Below, in pieces: positions 38,638 through 51,300 of a DNA stretch of 64,000 nucleotides (position 1 is the first letter of the stretch; every line of letters begins with the position of its first letter). The DNA lies in IMG/VR virus record IMGVR_UViG_3300021387_000087, one strand, 5' to 3'. Made by a program: the position numbers and the translations under genes. The notes under the pieces are model-generated. The model had not been told where the DNA came from. It made no database searches and saw only the letters and a list, made by a program, of their open reading frames with translations. Origin of the DNA: a virus. Lineage: Duplodnaviria; Caudoviricetes.

Positions 38638-41160
38638 TCAAATTTGAGCCTTTACGTCTGCAATAATTTTCTTTGAAATCAATGTACCGTCTACATAAAT
38701 TACTTTGCCCGATTTCTGAGTAGAACCATTAAATGTAGTTGCGTTACCAGAACTATCTCTGAAAGACCATGTATATTTTCCTTTTGGTAAATCATCGTCA
38801 CCAGCATCAGCCCATGCAGACCCAGTGTATTTCTTTAATACAACGGTTTTATGAGTAGAATCTAAATGATAATAAAATTCACCTGTTGTAGGATTACTTG
38901 GTGCCGCCGTTAAGAATCTATCAGATTTAAGGGGATCTAATTCCTGTCCAGTACCAGTATCAGTTACAATTACATAGAATGCACCAACACCTTGTCCATT
39001 GACAATTTGTTCTCCAAGTGAACAAAATGCTGTAGCCTGAATAGGATCAAGTCGGTCGATAAGAGAGTAATATGCTGTATATGTTACACTGCTGTATTTG
39101 CAAGTTGCTCTGAATGAAGCGAAGCCTTCGACTACAGAATTATTGACTGTCAGTTTTGAGCCATTAACATTATATCCTTCTGTTCCTGCGGCAATAGTAA
39201 CATAATCGGCTTGACTAACATCATATTTAGCCCATGTCCAATTACTTGCAGAAGAAGTTTTATCTGCTGAACCATCCATTAAACGTCCTTGAATTGTAAT
39301 ATTTTGCGATTCTCTACTTGTAAATACATCTCCACCAATAGTATATAATTCAAATAATTTAGCATTAACACCATTCGTAGCGGCTGTGCTACGTGTCCAT
39401 GTGTAGTTTTGTGTAATTTTTTTCCCTTCACAAGTAAAAGTAAGTGTTATAGTACCAGATGCGGCAGAAATACTTGTACTTGTAGTTAGATTATATCTTA
39501 CATGTCCTACTGCGGAAGCTGTAGCCTGTGCAACTGTAGGACTTACTTCACAAATCGCTGCTGGAGTATCTACAGTACATGCCACTTGAGTTGTACCTTT
39601 ATACCCAACAAAAGGAATATCAATAGTAAATGCGGCTTGTGGCTTATTTGCTGTTGTACAAGGAATTACGTCTGCATAATTACCCATAACTACGTTAATA
39701 GCATCTTTACCAGCATTACCATCTTCACCCTTATCTCCCTTTGCACCATCAGACGTAATAACAATAGTCTGCGTATCAAGAAGGGTAGTAGTACCGCCCG
39801 CTTTATATAATTCTACTGTGATATATCCATTAGTTGTGGCAGTTGCCATATTACTTGATGTTATAATATATGAAGATTCATCTTGTGTTGATGTGTATAT
39901 GGCAGTTGAACCAGATGTAATTTTAAAACGTCCAGTATAAGCCGCTCTTGCGTTATTACCTTCTTGACTGTACGCTTTAACGTTAACAGAAGATGGAGTA
40001 TATGTTACTGCGTCACTGCCGCTAGGTGTGGTTTTATTGATTGCGATTGAATCACACTCTACAGAATAAATAACAGGCGTCTTACCATCAGCACCTGCGG
40101 TCACCTTTACTAAAGAGAATACTTTGATAATATCGTCATAACCAGTTCTCTTACATGTAAAAGTTACCTTGCCTGTTAGCGCACTCATAGCAGTTACGGT
40201 AGCGGTATCGTTTGCTTTTGTTGTTGCAGACTTAGTAAATGTAACACCAGTTCCCGCACTTGTGATCGTCCAATTTTTTGTATCATCTGTGCCACCATTA
40301 TAAATAATAATCTGAGAAACAGCCCCATTAAAAGCGCCTGACACAGGAGTGCCCGCCGAATTACATGGGATCATTTGGTTCTCGTTTGTAAGAACTGCGG
40401 TCACCGCCTTATCACCCGGTGCACCATCCCTAAGTTTCGTAATACAATGTATATCATAAACGTTCGCATCGTTAGTAATTACTTGAATAGTCGCAACGTC
40501 ATTAATAAATAAATAATTATCAGACTCATTAACTACAAGTGTATCTCCTGTATCTGAGCCAGTAACTTTTGTCCAGTCTCCGTTAGCGTCTTTATACTGC
40601 CATTCTTGGATAGAAACATTATTTGTTTTTGCGGACAAAGTAATAATAGAATCGCTGACCAACGTACCATTTGTATTATATTTAAATACTGTATCACCAG
40701 AAATAATACAGGTTTTTGCAGAAGATGCCAGTTTTACGAGACTAAACGTGATCTGACCTTCTGCGGTTAATGTTTTTTGAGTTTCTGGTTCAACATATTC
40801 CACAGTGACTATATAACTAATCATAGTGGAAGTGGGTGTAAACTTATTGGCGTTTACCTTTAATGAACCATTAGATTGTTTTGTTTCGCCAGTTGTTAAG
40901 GCTGTAATATTTCCAGATCCTTCGCGCCTTTTCCATGTAATAGTTACACCAGTAGTAGATGAGGTCAAAGCAATATTGTTATAATAAATAACAGGTGTTA
41001 AAACTAAATTAGTTGAAGAAGTTCCCCAATTAGGCGTATAAGTATTTTGGTCTGGATCATATATAATTGACAAGGGCATATTACTAGTAGGATATACAGA
41101 TAATTGCCCAACGTCAGTAAGGTCTACTAGTGTTATTGAACCATATGTAACTTGTGCCAT
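38638..41160 (-). CDS. Baseplate/minor tail structural protein
   Basis: TYGSITL N-terminus, Thr-rich Ig-like segments, short GXY linkers. Confidence 0.75.
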   Translation of the reverse strand: MAQVTYGSITLVDLTDVGQLSVYPTSNMPLSIIYDPDQNTYTPNWGTSSTNLVLTPVIYYNNIALTSSTTGVTITWKRREGSGNITALTTGETKQSNGSLKVNANKFTPTSTMISYIVTVEYVEPETQKTLTAEGQITFSLVKLASSAKTCIISGDTVFKYNTNGTLVSDSIITLSAKTNNVSIQEWQYKDANGDWTKVTGSDTGDTLVVNESDNYLFINDVATIQVITNDANVYDIHCITKLRDGAPGDKAVTAVLTNENQMIPCNSAGTPVSGAFNGAVSQIIIYNGGTDDTKNWTITSAGTGVTFTKSATTKANDTATVTAMSALTGKVTFTCKRTGYDDIIKVFSLVKVTAGADGKTPVIYSVECDSIAINKTTPSGSDAVTYTPSSVNVKAYSQEGNNARAAYTGRFKITSGSTAIYTSTQDESSYIITSSNMATATTNGYITVELYKAGGTTTLLDTQTIVITSDGAKGDKGEDGNAGKDAINVVMGNYADVIPCTTANKPQAAFTIDIPFVGYKGTTQVACTVDTPAAICEVSPTVAQATASAVGHVRYNLTTSTSISAASGTITLTFTCEGKKITQNYTWTRSTAATNGVNAKLFELYTIGGDVFTSRESQNITIQGRLMDGSADKTSSASNWTWAKYDVSQADYVTIAAGTEGYNVNGSKLTVNNSVVEGFASFRATCKYSSVTYTAYYSLIDRLDPIQATAFCSLGEQIVNGQGVGAFYVIVTDTGTGQELDPLKSDRFLTAAPSNPTTGEFYYHLDSTHKTVVLKKYTGSAWADAGDDDLPKGKYTWSFRDSSGNATTFNGSTQKSGKVIYVDGTLISKKIIADVKAQI

Positions 41161-41180
41161 ATTTTTAATTCCTTTCTATC

Positions 41181-44100
41181 TTAATCAAATGATACCTCAC
41201 ATCTAAAAATTGCCTTACTAAATAAATCAGCAGGAGAAATTTGAATAGTTCGAGTATCTAAACGACTCCATGAGGTGTCTTCATTGCCATCTTTATCGTA
41301 TTTTACCCAATGAAATTTGGTGACTTTATCAGAAATATCTGTATTACCACGTCTTACAGTTGCGGTTAATAAAGTGCTGATTCCCCGATTTTTAAAAATA
41401 TTTCCAGCACTAGACTCTATTTCTACAGTGACAGGAGAGGAAGCTGCTATTAATTTTTTAACAACAAAGCTTTTCCTGACTTCTGTCCCACGATATACAG
41501 CATGGATTTCTATAGTTGCATAATTGTTGATTATATTGGAAACACTTATTCTGTGATTAACATTATCCCAAACAGCGGTTGCACTTTCTGGGATAATAAT
41601 ATTCCATTGAATTCCTGCGCTATTAGTAATATCAATTCCATCATAATAAACAATAGCATCCGTGTAGCAATCAGAATAATCGCCACCCTGTCCATCTTCA
41701 TCTGTAAAAACAGCTTGGAATTCATTGGTAAGTGTAATTGTTAAAGAACCGTTAGTCTCGCCAATGATATCTAAAACATAATCTTGCAATGTCTTATCAT
41801 CGGTGATCATAATATTATCAGCACTTACTGTAGCTACGAAATTCCCTTGTGCACCTTGCGTAATAGAAGATATTTGATTTACAATATTCGCCGTATTTTC
41901 AGTATCGTCTATTTTTTTGGACAGGTCTGTCAGAGTCTTTTCATTATTATGAGTGCTTTTTCTCATACTTTTATACGATGAGAAGAAATCATTGGGTGCT
42001 TTTACATCACTAAATTCCACCTCAATAGTATTTAAAGCACCGTAATTTATTTGATAACTAATTAATCGTAGCTTATAAATCTTATCATCAACTTCTATAC
42101 GCAACCAGTTTCCTACATCAAATAATTCATCAATATTGTCGATTGTCTCAGGAAGTAATAAAAGTAAATTCCTTAATGTGCAGGAAATAGAATATTGAGA
42201 TTCTGCTCGCTTAGCTATGTCTTCATCAGCCCTATCAAAGAAATCTTGTGCGTTTTGGATTAACTCAATAATACCGAGTCCATCACTGACAAAATTAGTG
42301 TTTTCCTGTTCATCTTCTCTTCGAAAAGCCAATAATTCCAGCCACAAAGAATCTCCCAAATAAGATTCTAAATTCAAGTATTTATTTACTTGTTCTTGCT
42401 GGGTCTCAATATCATCAATAAATTTATTTAATGCTTCAAGATCATTCTCTCTTACCTGCATCTCACGTTCAACAATTGCTCGTTTCTCTAAATACGGTTT
42501 ATATATTTCTTCATACGCATCTGGATGAGTAGTTTCAGTTATCTTTGCTTCATCTAATATATTTAAAACCGAATTGATAGTTGAAGAAATATTGGTTAAA
42601 GATACCAGATTATATTTGATCATCTCATTTTCAAAATCTTCTGAAGACGCTTTTAATAAATTAACAATGCCACTTAATAATGTTTCTTTTTTCTTAATGA
42701 TTTTTTCGATCTGCGCTTTTATATAATCATCAGTTGCTTCAGAAAGCGTGATCGAAACATTTTTAAAAGCGGTATCTTCTTCATCTGTTAGAGATGTTAC
42801 TGTAATTGTTCCTTGCCAAACTGGGGCTGTATATGAAACAACTTCTGCTTTGGCATCATAACGAGATGTATCTATTGCGACTCTAACGGCATCTCTTATT
42901 TCTATTGTTGCGGTAGATTGTGTTATAGCAGATAATTGGCGCACACCAATTTTTGTATCTGTAAATAAATTTAATTGTTCTTCTGCCGTTGTATCTACTA
43001 CATCGGAAGAATAGGGCATCATTATATTTCTTAAAAATCCATCTAGATATGTAGCGTGATAATAAAGTGCTGTCAAATCTGTATAGCCAACTATTGGAGT
43101 AGGAGAGTGCATCAATTCTTCTTTTGAATACTGTTGATATTTATCAACCAAATTATTATAGTTGTCTATATTTGCAGAAGACACTAAGTTCATCACCCTG
43201 TTATGTTTATACATATCATATTCTTTTTCATACATATCTAATCTATTTCGTAATTTATCTGACATGTCTTCTTTTGTATTATCAGTAAAACGCCAGATAT
43301 ATCTCGATCCAGAAGGGTTACAGTTTACTATAGCGGCTGTCATATCATCATCGCCCGCTGATAGTCTATAACAATTCTTTATATCATCTGTATTAGTTGA
43401 TAAATTAATATTATCTCCTAAATTTTCTTTATTGATAAAAATACCCGTATCTTTGCCGTAACGAGGAATGATTTTTAAAGAATGTGTGCATTTAGGATTG
43501 GTACATCCATCTGAAAAATCACCACGTTTGCCACATTCAGGACAGTAGTCTTTAGCATCATAAAAAGATATCGTCCGTTGAAAGAGTTCGTCTGCTTCTT
43601 CATCTGATTCACCCAATATAACGATACAGTCCACTTCTTCGGCTAGTTCTTTAAAACAATCTATAACTTCTGTTTTATCAAAATCAAAAGTCCGCTTCAC
43701 ATTTTTTAATGAATCGTCAACATGATATATAGTATAGTGCCTTGCTTTATCATGCAGAATCCTGTCTACAATAGAAGCATCAGGATTAAGAGGATTATAA
43801 AAAACGGTATCTTCATAATCATCTCTATCAATATCATCCTCTGTGCGTATTTCTACATCGTAATTTCGAGATTGATTTAATTCTGCATATTGCGCCAAAG
43901 TACCTGTCAAATGCTTTACAGTATCATTAAAGTCATCTATAGTTACAGTGATTTCAAACCATAGTCCTCTTGATTTAATATGTGGTACATTGATTGGTAT
44001 ATATAATAGTTTAAAATCTTTAATTTGATCCCAGAGAGGATTCTTAACTGTATTAATATACTTGTGTACATCACATGACATTTCAGCTAATAATATATAA

Positions 44101-44255
44101 GAATCTTCTAAAGATACTTTTACAGTTAATGTTTTTTCGTCTATTATTAATACACCAAGTTTTTTACCACTTTTATTTGCCAAAATACATGAGGGAATAA
44201 TAGGTTGTTTAACAACATCTCGTTCTATCCGTTTCCCTGATACTAAACCATTCAA
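41181..44255 (-). CDS. Tal/tail-tip hub protein
   Basis: Position after Dit; conserved hub-like N-terminal half followed by coiled coil. Confidence 0.7.
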   Translation of the reverse strand: MNGLVSGKRIERDVVKQPIIPSCILANKSGKKLGVLIIDEKTLTVKVSLEDSYILLAEMSCDVHKYINTVKNPLWDQIKDFKLLYIPINVPHIKSRGLWFEITVTIDDFNDTVKHLTGTLAQYAELNQSRNYDVEIRTEDDIDRDDYEDTVFYNPLNPDASIVDRILHDKARHYTIYHVDDSLKNVKRTFDFDKTEVIDCFKELAEEVDCIVILGESDEEADELFQRTISFYDAKDYCPECGKRGDFSDGCTNPKCTHSLKIIPRYGKDTGIFINKENLGDNINLSTNTDDIKNCYRLSAGDDDMTAAIVNCNPSGSRYIWRFTDNTKEDMSDKLRNRLDMYEKEYDMYKHNRVMNLVSSANIDNYNNLVDKYQQYSKEELMHSPTPIVGYTDLTALYYHATYLDGFLRNIMMPYSSDVVDTTAEEQLNLFTDTKIGVRQLSAITQSTATIEIRDAVRVAIDTSRYDAKAEVVSYTAPVWQGTITVTSLTDEEDTAFKNVSITLSEATDDYIKAQIEKIIKKKETLLSGIVNLLKASSEDFENEMIKYNLVSLTNISSTINSVLNILDEAKITETTHPDAYEEIYKPYLEKRAIVEREMQVRENDLEALNKFIDDIETQQEQVNKYLNLESYLGDSLWLELLAFRREDEQENTNFVSDGLGIIELIQNAQDFFDRADEDIAKRAESQYSISCTLRNLLLLLPETIDNIDELFDVGNWLRIEVDDKIYKLRLISYQINYGALNTIEVEFSDVKAPNDFFSSYKSMRKSTHNNEKTLTDLSKKIDDTENTANIVNQISSITQGAQGNFVATVSADNIMITDDKTLQDYVLDIIGETNGSLTITLTNEFQAVFTDEDGQGGDYSDCYTDAIVYYDGIDITNSAGIQWNIIIPESATAVWDNVNHRISVSNIINNYATIEIHAVYRGTEVRKSFVVKKLIAASSPVTVEIESSAGNIFKNRGISTLLTATVRRGNTDISDKVTKFHWVKYDKDGNEDTSWSRLDTRTIQISPADLFSKAIFRCEVSFD

Positions 44256-44279
44256 ATGTATTCCCCCCTTTCATTTTAT

Positions 44280-45080
44280 TTATACTGGAATTACTTTTCT
44301 GATTGGATTGTAAACAATAGTATATTCACACGGTAAAGAAAAAGTAATGATGTTTTCGTTGGTTAAATAATTATTACATATTCTGAGGAATTTAAAATTG
44401 AAATCATCATAAACGTTATGACTTTCCTGAGAAGATTGTAATTGTAAATACTTGGAAAATGTCAACGTTTCTCCATTTGTACAATTCTTAACAATAGTAT
44501 CTCTATCTTCTTCAAAGTCGTTATGAATTACTAAGTCTCCACTTGTTGAACATGTAATGATCACTTCAGGATATAAATAACCAAGTTCAACAGATGTATC
44601 ATTGATTATAATTTGTTCATTTGCTGTTGCAGTACCACTATAAGTTACATCGTCTTGAACAGCATATGGACGAGTGGAAATAAAGTTCAAAGTAGCGCCA
44701 ATCCTTCTCGATCCTGATAATTCTTCTGTAATATTAAAACTACCGTCCCAATGTACGCCTTGATATTCTGTTTCGGGCAATTTAAAAACATGAGGTGCTG
44801 GTCTGCACAACCAACGCTTTAACGCTTCCATTTCTTCAATGCTTATACTGATTTCATCTGTTTTACATGGATTTTTAATTATAGTAATAGTAAAGGCTAA
44901 TGTACTACTATAAATCTGATATAGAAAAGGTTGTTCTTTCCCCATAAATAATGAGGTTTGGGTTATATCTCGCTGTCCCTCTGTAGGTGTAGTAGTGCTC
45001 GAAAATGATGCCATAACATATTTTCCATCTTGAAATTCGCTCAAACGTGTATTGTCATAAATAAAATCTGCTACACTCAA
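44280..45080 (-). CDS. Distal tail (Dit)-like protein
   Basis: DFIYDN, LKRWL, STRPYA, YLYP, FNFKFLR; follows the tape measure gene. Confidence 0.75.
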   Translation of the reverse strand: MSVADFIYDNTRLSEFQDGKYVMASFSSTTTPTEGQRDITQTSLFMGKEQPFLYQIYSSTLAFTITIIKNPCKTDEISISIEEMEALKRWLCRPAPHVFKLPETEYQGVHWDGSFNITEELSGSRRIGATLNFISTRPYAVQDDVTYSGTATANEQIIINDTSVELGYLYPEVIITCSTSGDLVIHNDFEEDRDTIVKNCTNGETLTFSKYLQLQSSQESHNVYDDFNFKFLRICNNYLTNENIITFSLPCEYTIVYNPIRKVIPV

Positions 45081-45096
45081 GTGTCACACCACCTTT

Positions 45097-45258
45097 CTAT
45101 TCTTGAGAATTAATTAATTCTTGTAAATTTTTTTGTAGTTCTTTTACTTCTATCAGGGCTTTTCGCAGATTACGATTAAGTTCGTTATACTCCTTTATCG
45201 CTTCTCTGTATACTTTTCCCAATTCTAATACTTCTTGAATATCTTTTTCTTCATTCAT
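45097..45258 (-). CDS. Small coiled-coil protein (53 aa), below ORF-track cutoff
   Basis: AAGGAGGT RBS; MNEEKDIQEVLELGKVYREAIKEYNELNRNLRKALIEVKELQKNLQELINSQE*. Confidence 0.7.
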   Translation of the reverse strand: MNEEKDIQEVLELGKVYREAIKEYNELNRNLRKALIEVKELQKNLQELINSQE

Positions 45259-45272
45259 CCCTTTACCTCCTT

Positions 45273-45303
45273 AAAAACAACGAGTGCCCGGTTAGGGGCA
45301 CTC
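45273..45303 (-). terminator. Terminator after the tape measure gene
   Basis: GAGTGCCC/GGGCACTC stem followed by GTTGTTTTT on the - strand. Confidence 0.7.
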
Positions 45304-45317
45304 ATTGTAATCATCAA

Positions 45318-48300
45318 TTATCTAAACCTAATTGAATTACCTTTCAAAGAATTATTGCCATTAAGTCTGCCGATAGAAAGTTCCTGAATATATTTTGTGA
45401 AATTCGGATCTCTCTGTGCTTCCTGCATAAATTCTTTATAATTAGTAACATTAGGAATATTAAATGTAATATTGTTAACAATATCTCCAGTTGTATTATT
45501 GGTATTCGTTATATTCTTATTAGGTCTCATATCCATATGGCTGGCTATAAAGTCAACAGGATTAGACATACCTTTCAAAAGATTAACCGCAGCATCGTGG
45601 GGCAGAACAGCAGTACCTTTATTTAAACGAGTATAGATTTTACCGTTCTTGTTAATAAATACTTCTTGCCCCTCTTCATCAACACGATACATTCCAGCAC
45701 GATTGACATTCTTGGTACCTTTTGCAAACCCACCTTGTATTTTTAAACCTTTAGATGCGGCTGTGCTAACTGCTTTATTGCTGTTATTTGAGGAACTTTT
45801 TAAAGCGTTGCCGCCAGCGGTTTTAGTTCTCTTTTTAATCTTACCATTTTTATCGGTCTCAAAAGTATATCCATCAACATTAAATTTACCAATTTGCAGT
45901 ATACCATTAGAATTGAAGTAATATTCATCGTTACCTATTTTTTGCCTACCAGTCAGCATCTTGCCACTATTTACACTAAAGTAACGTCTTCCTTCCTTCA
46001 TGTCTCTCCAACCAGTTTGTATAGTGCCAGATTTGAAGTAATATGTCGAACTTCCAGTTTTATATAAACCTGTATAATTACTTTTTAACGCGCCAGTCGT
46101 TTTATCTAACAGATAATAAGTATTACCTATTTTCTGTACGTCTTTAAGCATTGCACCATTTTTAGTACTCAAGTAGTACCACTTGCCGCCGACTTTCTGC
46201 CAGCCAGTCGTCATTGCTCCGCTGGAGTTCATATAGTACCAGTTGCCTCCAACCTTCTGCCAACCTGTTTGCTTCTTATCGTTCTTATAATAATAAGTTT
46301 TTCCACCTTCTGTGATAAAACCGTTTTTGGCTTTAGCTGTAGTTTTGGCAGGTGTCGTAGTTGATTTAGCCGCTGTACTACTTGATGCTGTAGACTTAGG
46401 AGTATAATCCGCAACTGTAGGCGTAGTAGGCACTGTCGGTGTAGGTGTTTTTGCATATGTGGTTGCAGATGTATTGTCTACAGAACCATTAGAAGTAGAT
46501 GTAGCAGTAACGAGTGCACCAACTTGTCCTGCGACATTAGCAACATTTGCAGAGAGATTCTGCACACCTGTGTATATATTATTTAAACTACCGCTAAGTG
46601 AATAATCAACAGAAGAAGCAACATCTTTCAAAGTAGATACGATATCAGCTCCAGACTGATTAACTCCAGAAACGACTTCGGTTAATAGAGCATCAATATT
46701 GTCTAATCGAGCATTTAAAACCTCTTCATATTTTTCTTGCATGGTAGATAATGCATCTTTAATATCAGAGATTCTCTGATCTTCCTGAGTGTCTTCTAAA
46801 TCTTTTTGTGCTTCTTTCAGTTGGTCTCGTAATTTCTGACGTTTCGTTGCACCCTCTTCAGAATCATCACCTTCCATACTCTTTAATTGCTTTTGTAAAG
46901 AATTAATTTCTTTTTGTTTTTTGGCAATACTTTCGGCATATTTTTGCTGTTCTTTTTCAGCATCTAAAGCATCTTCATATTTATCAATAAGGTCTTCCAT
47001 GACCTCTATTTGCTTTTTGATGCCTTTTTCTACAAGATCAGCGATAGCTTCTTTTTGAGAATGCGCATTAGAAATAGCATCTTGCTGTGCTTTTAACCAT
47101 TCGTTACGTTGGTCAATCAGTGTTTTATTATTAGGGTCTTTAGCGATATCTGCGTTCAGTCGCTTTACTGCTTCTCCATATTTTTTAGCTTGCTTGATAT
47201 AAATATCATATCGTTGAGCTTCTAATGCAAAAGCGGCTTTTCCTTTATCAGTTACTAATCCAGTATCTTTATCAAAGAGATCTATCTCATTAATAAGATC
47301 ACCTAAGAATTCCATCTCATCTGCAAGATTACTTAATTCATCTTGACCGCGTTCAAACTTATCCCACCGAAGTTGACGAATAGAATTAACTAACGATTGA
47401 ATTTCTTTATTAACCGCAATGACTTCATTATTAATGTTTTTGATTTGGATATACCATTTATACCATTCTTCGGAATATTGCTGAATTCTTCCAGCTTTTA
47501 CTGCGGCATTTAATTGCGCTTGTAATTCAGAGGCTTCACTATTCAGTGCTTTAATCTTATTTTGATTTTCAGTAATTTGACTAGAATAATAATTTTCTGC
47601 TACATCATATCCACGCTCAGTTACCAAATCTATTCTATTTTGAAGAGATGTGATATTAGCCCCGATATTATTGATCGTAGTTTCCCATTTGGTTTGAATT
47701 AATGTAAGTTGCTGTATAGTAAGTTGAGACAGTTTATTAATCTGGTCTTGTAACTTTTGTTGCATCTTAACATATTTTTCATACCAAGTCTGGTACGCCT
47801 GAATCTTTTTCCAAAGTCCTTCATCTCTAACATCATTAATAGTAAAATATTGTCCGCTGTTAACCGAATTTTGGATTCGCTTAATCCAAGTTTGACTTAG
47901 TGCGGTGCCTGAGGCTCCTTGAGAACCCTTTTTGTAACCCTCGTCACCACTCTTTAAGCCAGCTTCTTTTGCGGCAGCTGATGCTTTAGAAAGATAATTG
48001 TAAACATGGCTCTTACTGCTTAAAGAAGAATTGATTGCATTAATTTCTTTTTGTACAGTTGCTAAATCTTGAACCAAAGCACTGTTACGATTAGCAAAAG
48101 TGCTATAAGTTTTAGCCGCATTTGTGTCTAATTGAGAGATTAAAGCATCAATACGATTAAGTCTAATTTCAATAGCATCAAGTGTTTGAAGATTATCTTT
48201 AGAGCTTTTATTCGAAGAGGAATTACCAGAAGATTTCTTGCCACTCTTACCAGAAGATTTCTTACCACTGCCAGAAGATTTTTTGCTACTACTGGAAGAA

Positions 48301-51300
48301 GAGGTACTACCTTTGCGAGATTTTTTCGAAGCTTTTTTCAAAGTTCCACCTGCCGCATGAGACATGCCTGATAGCTGTCCATCCCATTTAGCAGTACCAG
48401 CAGCAAATGCTTTACCTTCTAATTCGTCTTCGTCAAAATCTTCGTCATCTACAGTGCCGTTTGCAAAAGCGCCACCAACCATTTTGCCATGAGAACCATT
48501 AACATATCCTTTTTTAAGGAGTGATTCAGATTGTTTATGATTAAAAATAATCGAGCCTTTAGGAAGATTAGCAAATGTAGGATCACCGCCATTAAGAATT
48601 TGCCAATGTCCGTCTGGAGTTACAATTACTTCACTACCTAATTCGTTTACAAGAGCACCTTTTTCTGCTTTAGGAAGACCCCAATCACCAGATAAAGTGC
48701 CACCCGCATAAGCATGACCTTTGGATATTACTGTACCTTGATTATGAGCGGAGCCTTGGAAACCTCCTCCATTATTAGGTTTTCCTTCAGTAGTATATTT
48801 GGTTTTTATGGTTATGGTCTTGTTAGATAATTTATCATAAACACTTGACTTCCAACTAGAAATTGTACTAAAACCAACCTGACTAGCGGTAATTCTAGCT
48901 GTTTTATCTTTGATAGAGCTTAATTTACTCTTTGAATCTGAAACTTTACTGCTTAATCTAGAATTGTCTGCTGAGATCTTAGGTGTGGTGACTTTTTTCC
49001 CTAAAGCGTTTAATTTATTGGTTACATCACTGCTTGTTTTGTTAAATTGAGCAGAATTACCATTAATAGTAACTTTTACTTTAGGATTCTTCTGAGATGT
49101 TAAATTATCAATCGAATCTTTAGCTTTGTCAACATCTTCTATTCCATCTACACTTAAACCAATAGAGACATTTGATCCGCTCATCGCTTTAAGATTTGAT
49201 ACTGTCTGATTGGCAGCATCTACCTGAGAAGTATCAGAAGTAACCGTGGTATTTATCTGCTCATCTTTAATAGTAGTTTCATGGTTTGTAGTTTGAACAC
49301 CCTGTTGTACACCTGCTTGATTAGCTGCATCTTGAGCGGTATTTTCGGCTTTTAAGACAAGAGGCATCTCTGTTTCTTTTGTTGCTTCCTCTTTGGTTTC
49401 TTCAATTACTTCATTCGCTTGAGATGCGTCTGCACTAAGATTCATTTGAAAATCTGCTTCACCATTGAAACCAAGAGTAGTAAGAGGTTTAAGATCTTCA
49501 GCAGAAGAAGCTAAATGAGCATGTACACCAACATCGGGTTCTGCTGAACCAATTGTATCTGCCACTTCTTGTTTAGCCGCTTCTTCGCTTGCAGGATCGA
49601 CACCGACACCAACAGTAATAAGATCTGCACCAATAGGAGCATGCCCATCTTTATAATAACCCTGAATATGAGAGTTGTCTAAAACAGGAGATATTTTTAT
49701 CTCAACTCCATTAGCATATTTATTTTCAATTTGTTTAATAATCTCTTCGGGGTCATTAGTCGGTGTAAAATCATATGCCATCTGTATTTTTTCAGGCAAC
49801 TGAGAAAATTGTTGGGCAAACTCTTGTATTTTTTTATCGTCTTTAATCGAAATATCAAATCCTAATTTACTGTTTTCTTTAATTGAATCTAATCTTTCGT
49901 TAAGATCACCTGTTATTTCTTTAGCGTAATCTAAAGTATCAACGTTAATTTCCATATCAGGTTCAACATGTTTACCATTTATGATATCTAAGCGCTCAAT
50001 CATTGATTGCAATAAATCGTCTAAAGCACTAGCAGTTTCAGTACTAATATCAGGATTAGCCTTTAAATCTTGGATTTCTTTAATTTTAGATTCTAATTCT
50101 TCAGCGCTTAAAGTCGCTACATCAAAATCAAAAAGATTTGCATGTGCGAGTGCTGGATCAGTGCCTGTCTTTTTTAAATCAATTAATCTTTGTTTTGCCG
50201 CTTCAGCCTGCTCGGTTACTTTATCTAACTGTTGCATTTGACCATCGGTGAAGAAATGAACTCTAGAACCAGTAGCATTTAATTCATTCATTAAAGAAAG
50301 AATTAAATCCTTAGATACGCCATAATGTTCTGCAACAGCATCAAGATTTTTATCAGTCATTGTCATGACAGTTTCGCCAGCTGCATTTGTGGAAATTTCA
50401 GCATACTCTTCAGGCCAAGACATTATTTCATCAATCCATAAATTAGCTCCCTGTGTAGGATCTTCTGTAAAGAATTTTTGCATTGTGTCAGCGCCTTGTT
50501 CATAAGCCGCTTCTACTTCCTTAACTGACGCTAATGCTAAATCTTTATAGGAGAATAACTGAGCAATACGCCTGAATCCTTCTTCACCAGTTTCACCACT
50601 TTCAAGATAGGCATCGCCCTCTTTAAAGATTTGATCTCTAAACAATTTGTAATTAGTACTATAATCTGCGCTTCCGTGTCCATTTTGATATTTGCTTAAA
50701 GCCGATGTAGCTCCACTATAAGCTGACCATAGCATATCTAATTGTTCAATTTCTTCTCTGTATGCATCAGCGACCGCTCCAGAAGAAGCTGTAAACTTCT
50801 CCATTAATTCTTGACGCTTCTCATAAAATTCTGCATGACGCATTGATTCTTCTTGAGACTGCAACGCTCTTAATGCATCGGCATTAACCATAATGCCGCC
50901 CGCTGTTTCTTCAAATAAAGAAGCATAATCATAATTGGGCAAATCTTTATAAGCATCAGCAATTGCTTTAACTTCGCTTGCAATTTCATGCCCTTGATCA
51001 TCTTGCGTCTTAGTAAATGTCAAGAATCCTTGTCCCTTAGAAAGGGTAGAAGATAAGTTAGAAGTTTCTTCAATCCATCCAGAAGCTTTTTGAGCGAATT
51101 TATCAAATGACTCGCCCGCCTCATCTAGAGAAGTGGTAGCTATATAACCTAACCTACCCAATAATTCTGCGACAGCATTGATTGACTCTTGCGAAGACTC
51201 TGCGGTAATACCAAATGCGTCAGCTATTGTTTGGATATCGCTTGCTACTTCAGGGGGAAGATTAGATAAGTTACTTAAATATCCTTCAATATCTGTAACA

